From: Octopus sinensis
Taxonomy: Eukaryota
Direction: 5' to 3'
NCBI RefSeq assembly: GCF_006345805.1
Contig: NC_043007.1
Location: forward strand, 73,098,001-73,162,000
Length of the DNA: 64,000 nucleotides
In this document: positions 63,546-64,000 of the stretch, in pieces
Numbering within the stretch: the first letter of the stretch is position 1
Layout of the letters: each line of letters begins with the position of its first letter
Translations under genes and position numbers: made by a program
The notes under the pieces: generated by a model
What the model was told of the DNA's origin: nothing
Seen by the model: the letters and a program-made list of their open reading frames with translations, nothing else
The model's database searches: none

Positions 63546-64000
63546 GAAGGCGGTGAGCTGACAGAATCATTAGCAAGCTGGACAAAATGCTTTACACCAT
63601 TTCTTCCAGTTTTACATTCTGAGTTGAAATTCCATTCCACATCCTACTGAGGTTGACTTTGCTTTTCATCCTGTTGGAGTCAATAAAATAAGTACCAGTT
63701 GAGTATTGAGGTTGATGTAATCGACTAGCCCTCCCTCCAAATTTCAGGCCCATGTGGCTATACTAGAAAAGATTAGGAAGAGTATTCAACCATAGAAACC
63801 ATGCCAAAGAAGACAGTGGCGCTCAACACAGCCCTCCACTTTGTTGGGTCCTCTTAAACCATTGAACCCATACCAGCATGAAAAATGGATGATAAATGAT
63901 GGCGACGATGACGATGATGGACATAATAGGCTGAAAGATAGATGTTTGTGTAGTGGTGTACGTGTAAATGGAGAAGTAGGTCACATGGTAGTGTCTGTCC

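Overview
AT-rich, repeat-dense animal genomic DNA. The SINE, RTE and Penelope families and the microsatellite load point to an octopod cephalopod; this is inference, not a database match. Two spliced protein-coding genes lie head-to-head about 13 kb apart, and neither is correctly represented in the six-frame ORF track. (1) CCDC134 on the minus strand has five complete coding exons (34672-34543, 29651-29533, 19579-19495, 2640-2462, 845-777) with canonical, phase-compatible splice sites; its last exon probably starts at position 14 and runs off the window. (2) A two-exon plus-strand gene (47726-47923 + 52536-53471) encodes a 377-aa protein with about 10 predicted TM segments. Its motifs follow the fungal Ice2 / SERINC superfamily pattern, making it a candidate animal Ice2-like ER protein and the most interesting item here. 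The rest is mobile DNA: RTE, CR1 and R4/Dong LINE fragments, Penelope-like elements with hammerhead-ribozyme cores, mariner and Tc1 remnants, several MITE/foldback families (two carrying telomeric repeats), three tRNA-derived SINE families, and a nine-unit 184-bp SINE-derived tandem array at 61.9-63.5 kb. TE coordinates are approximate; exon coordinates were read base by base. Protein-family comparisons are from memory of the families and need confirming by search.
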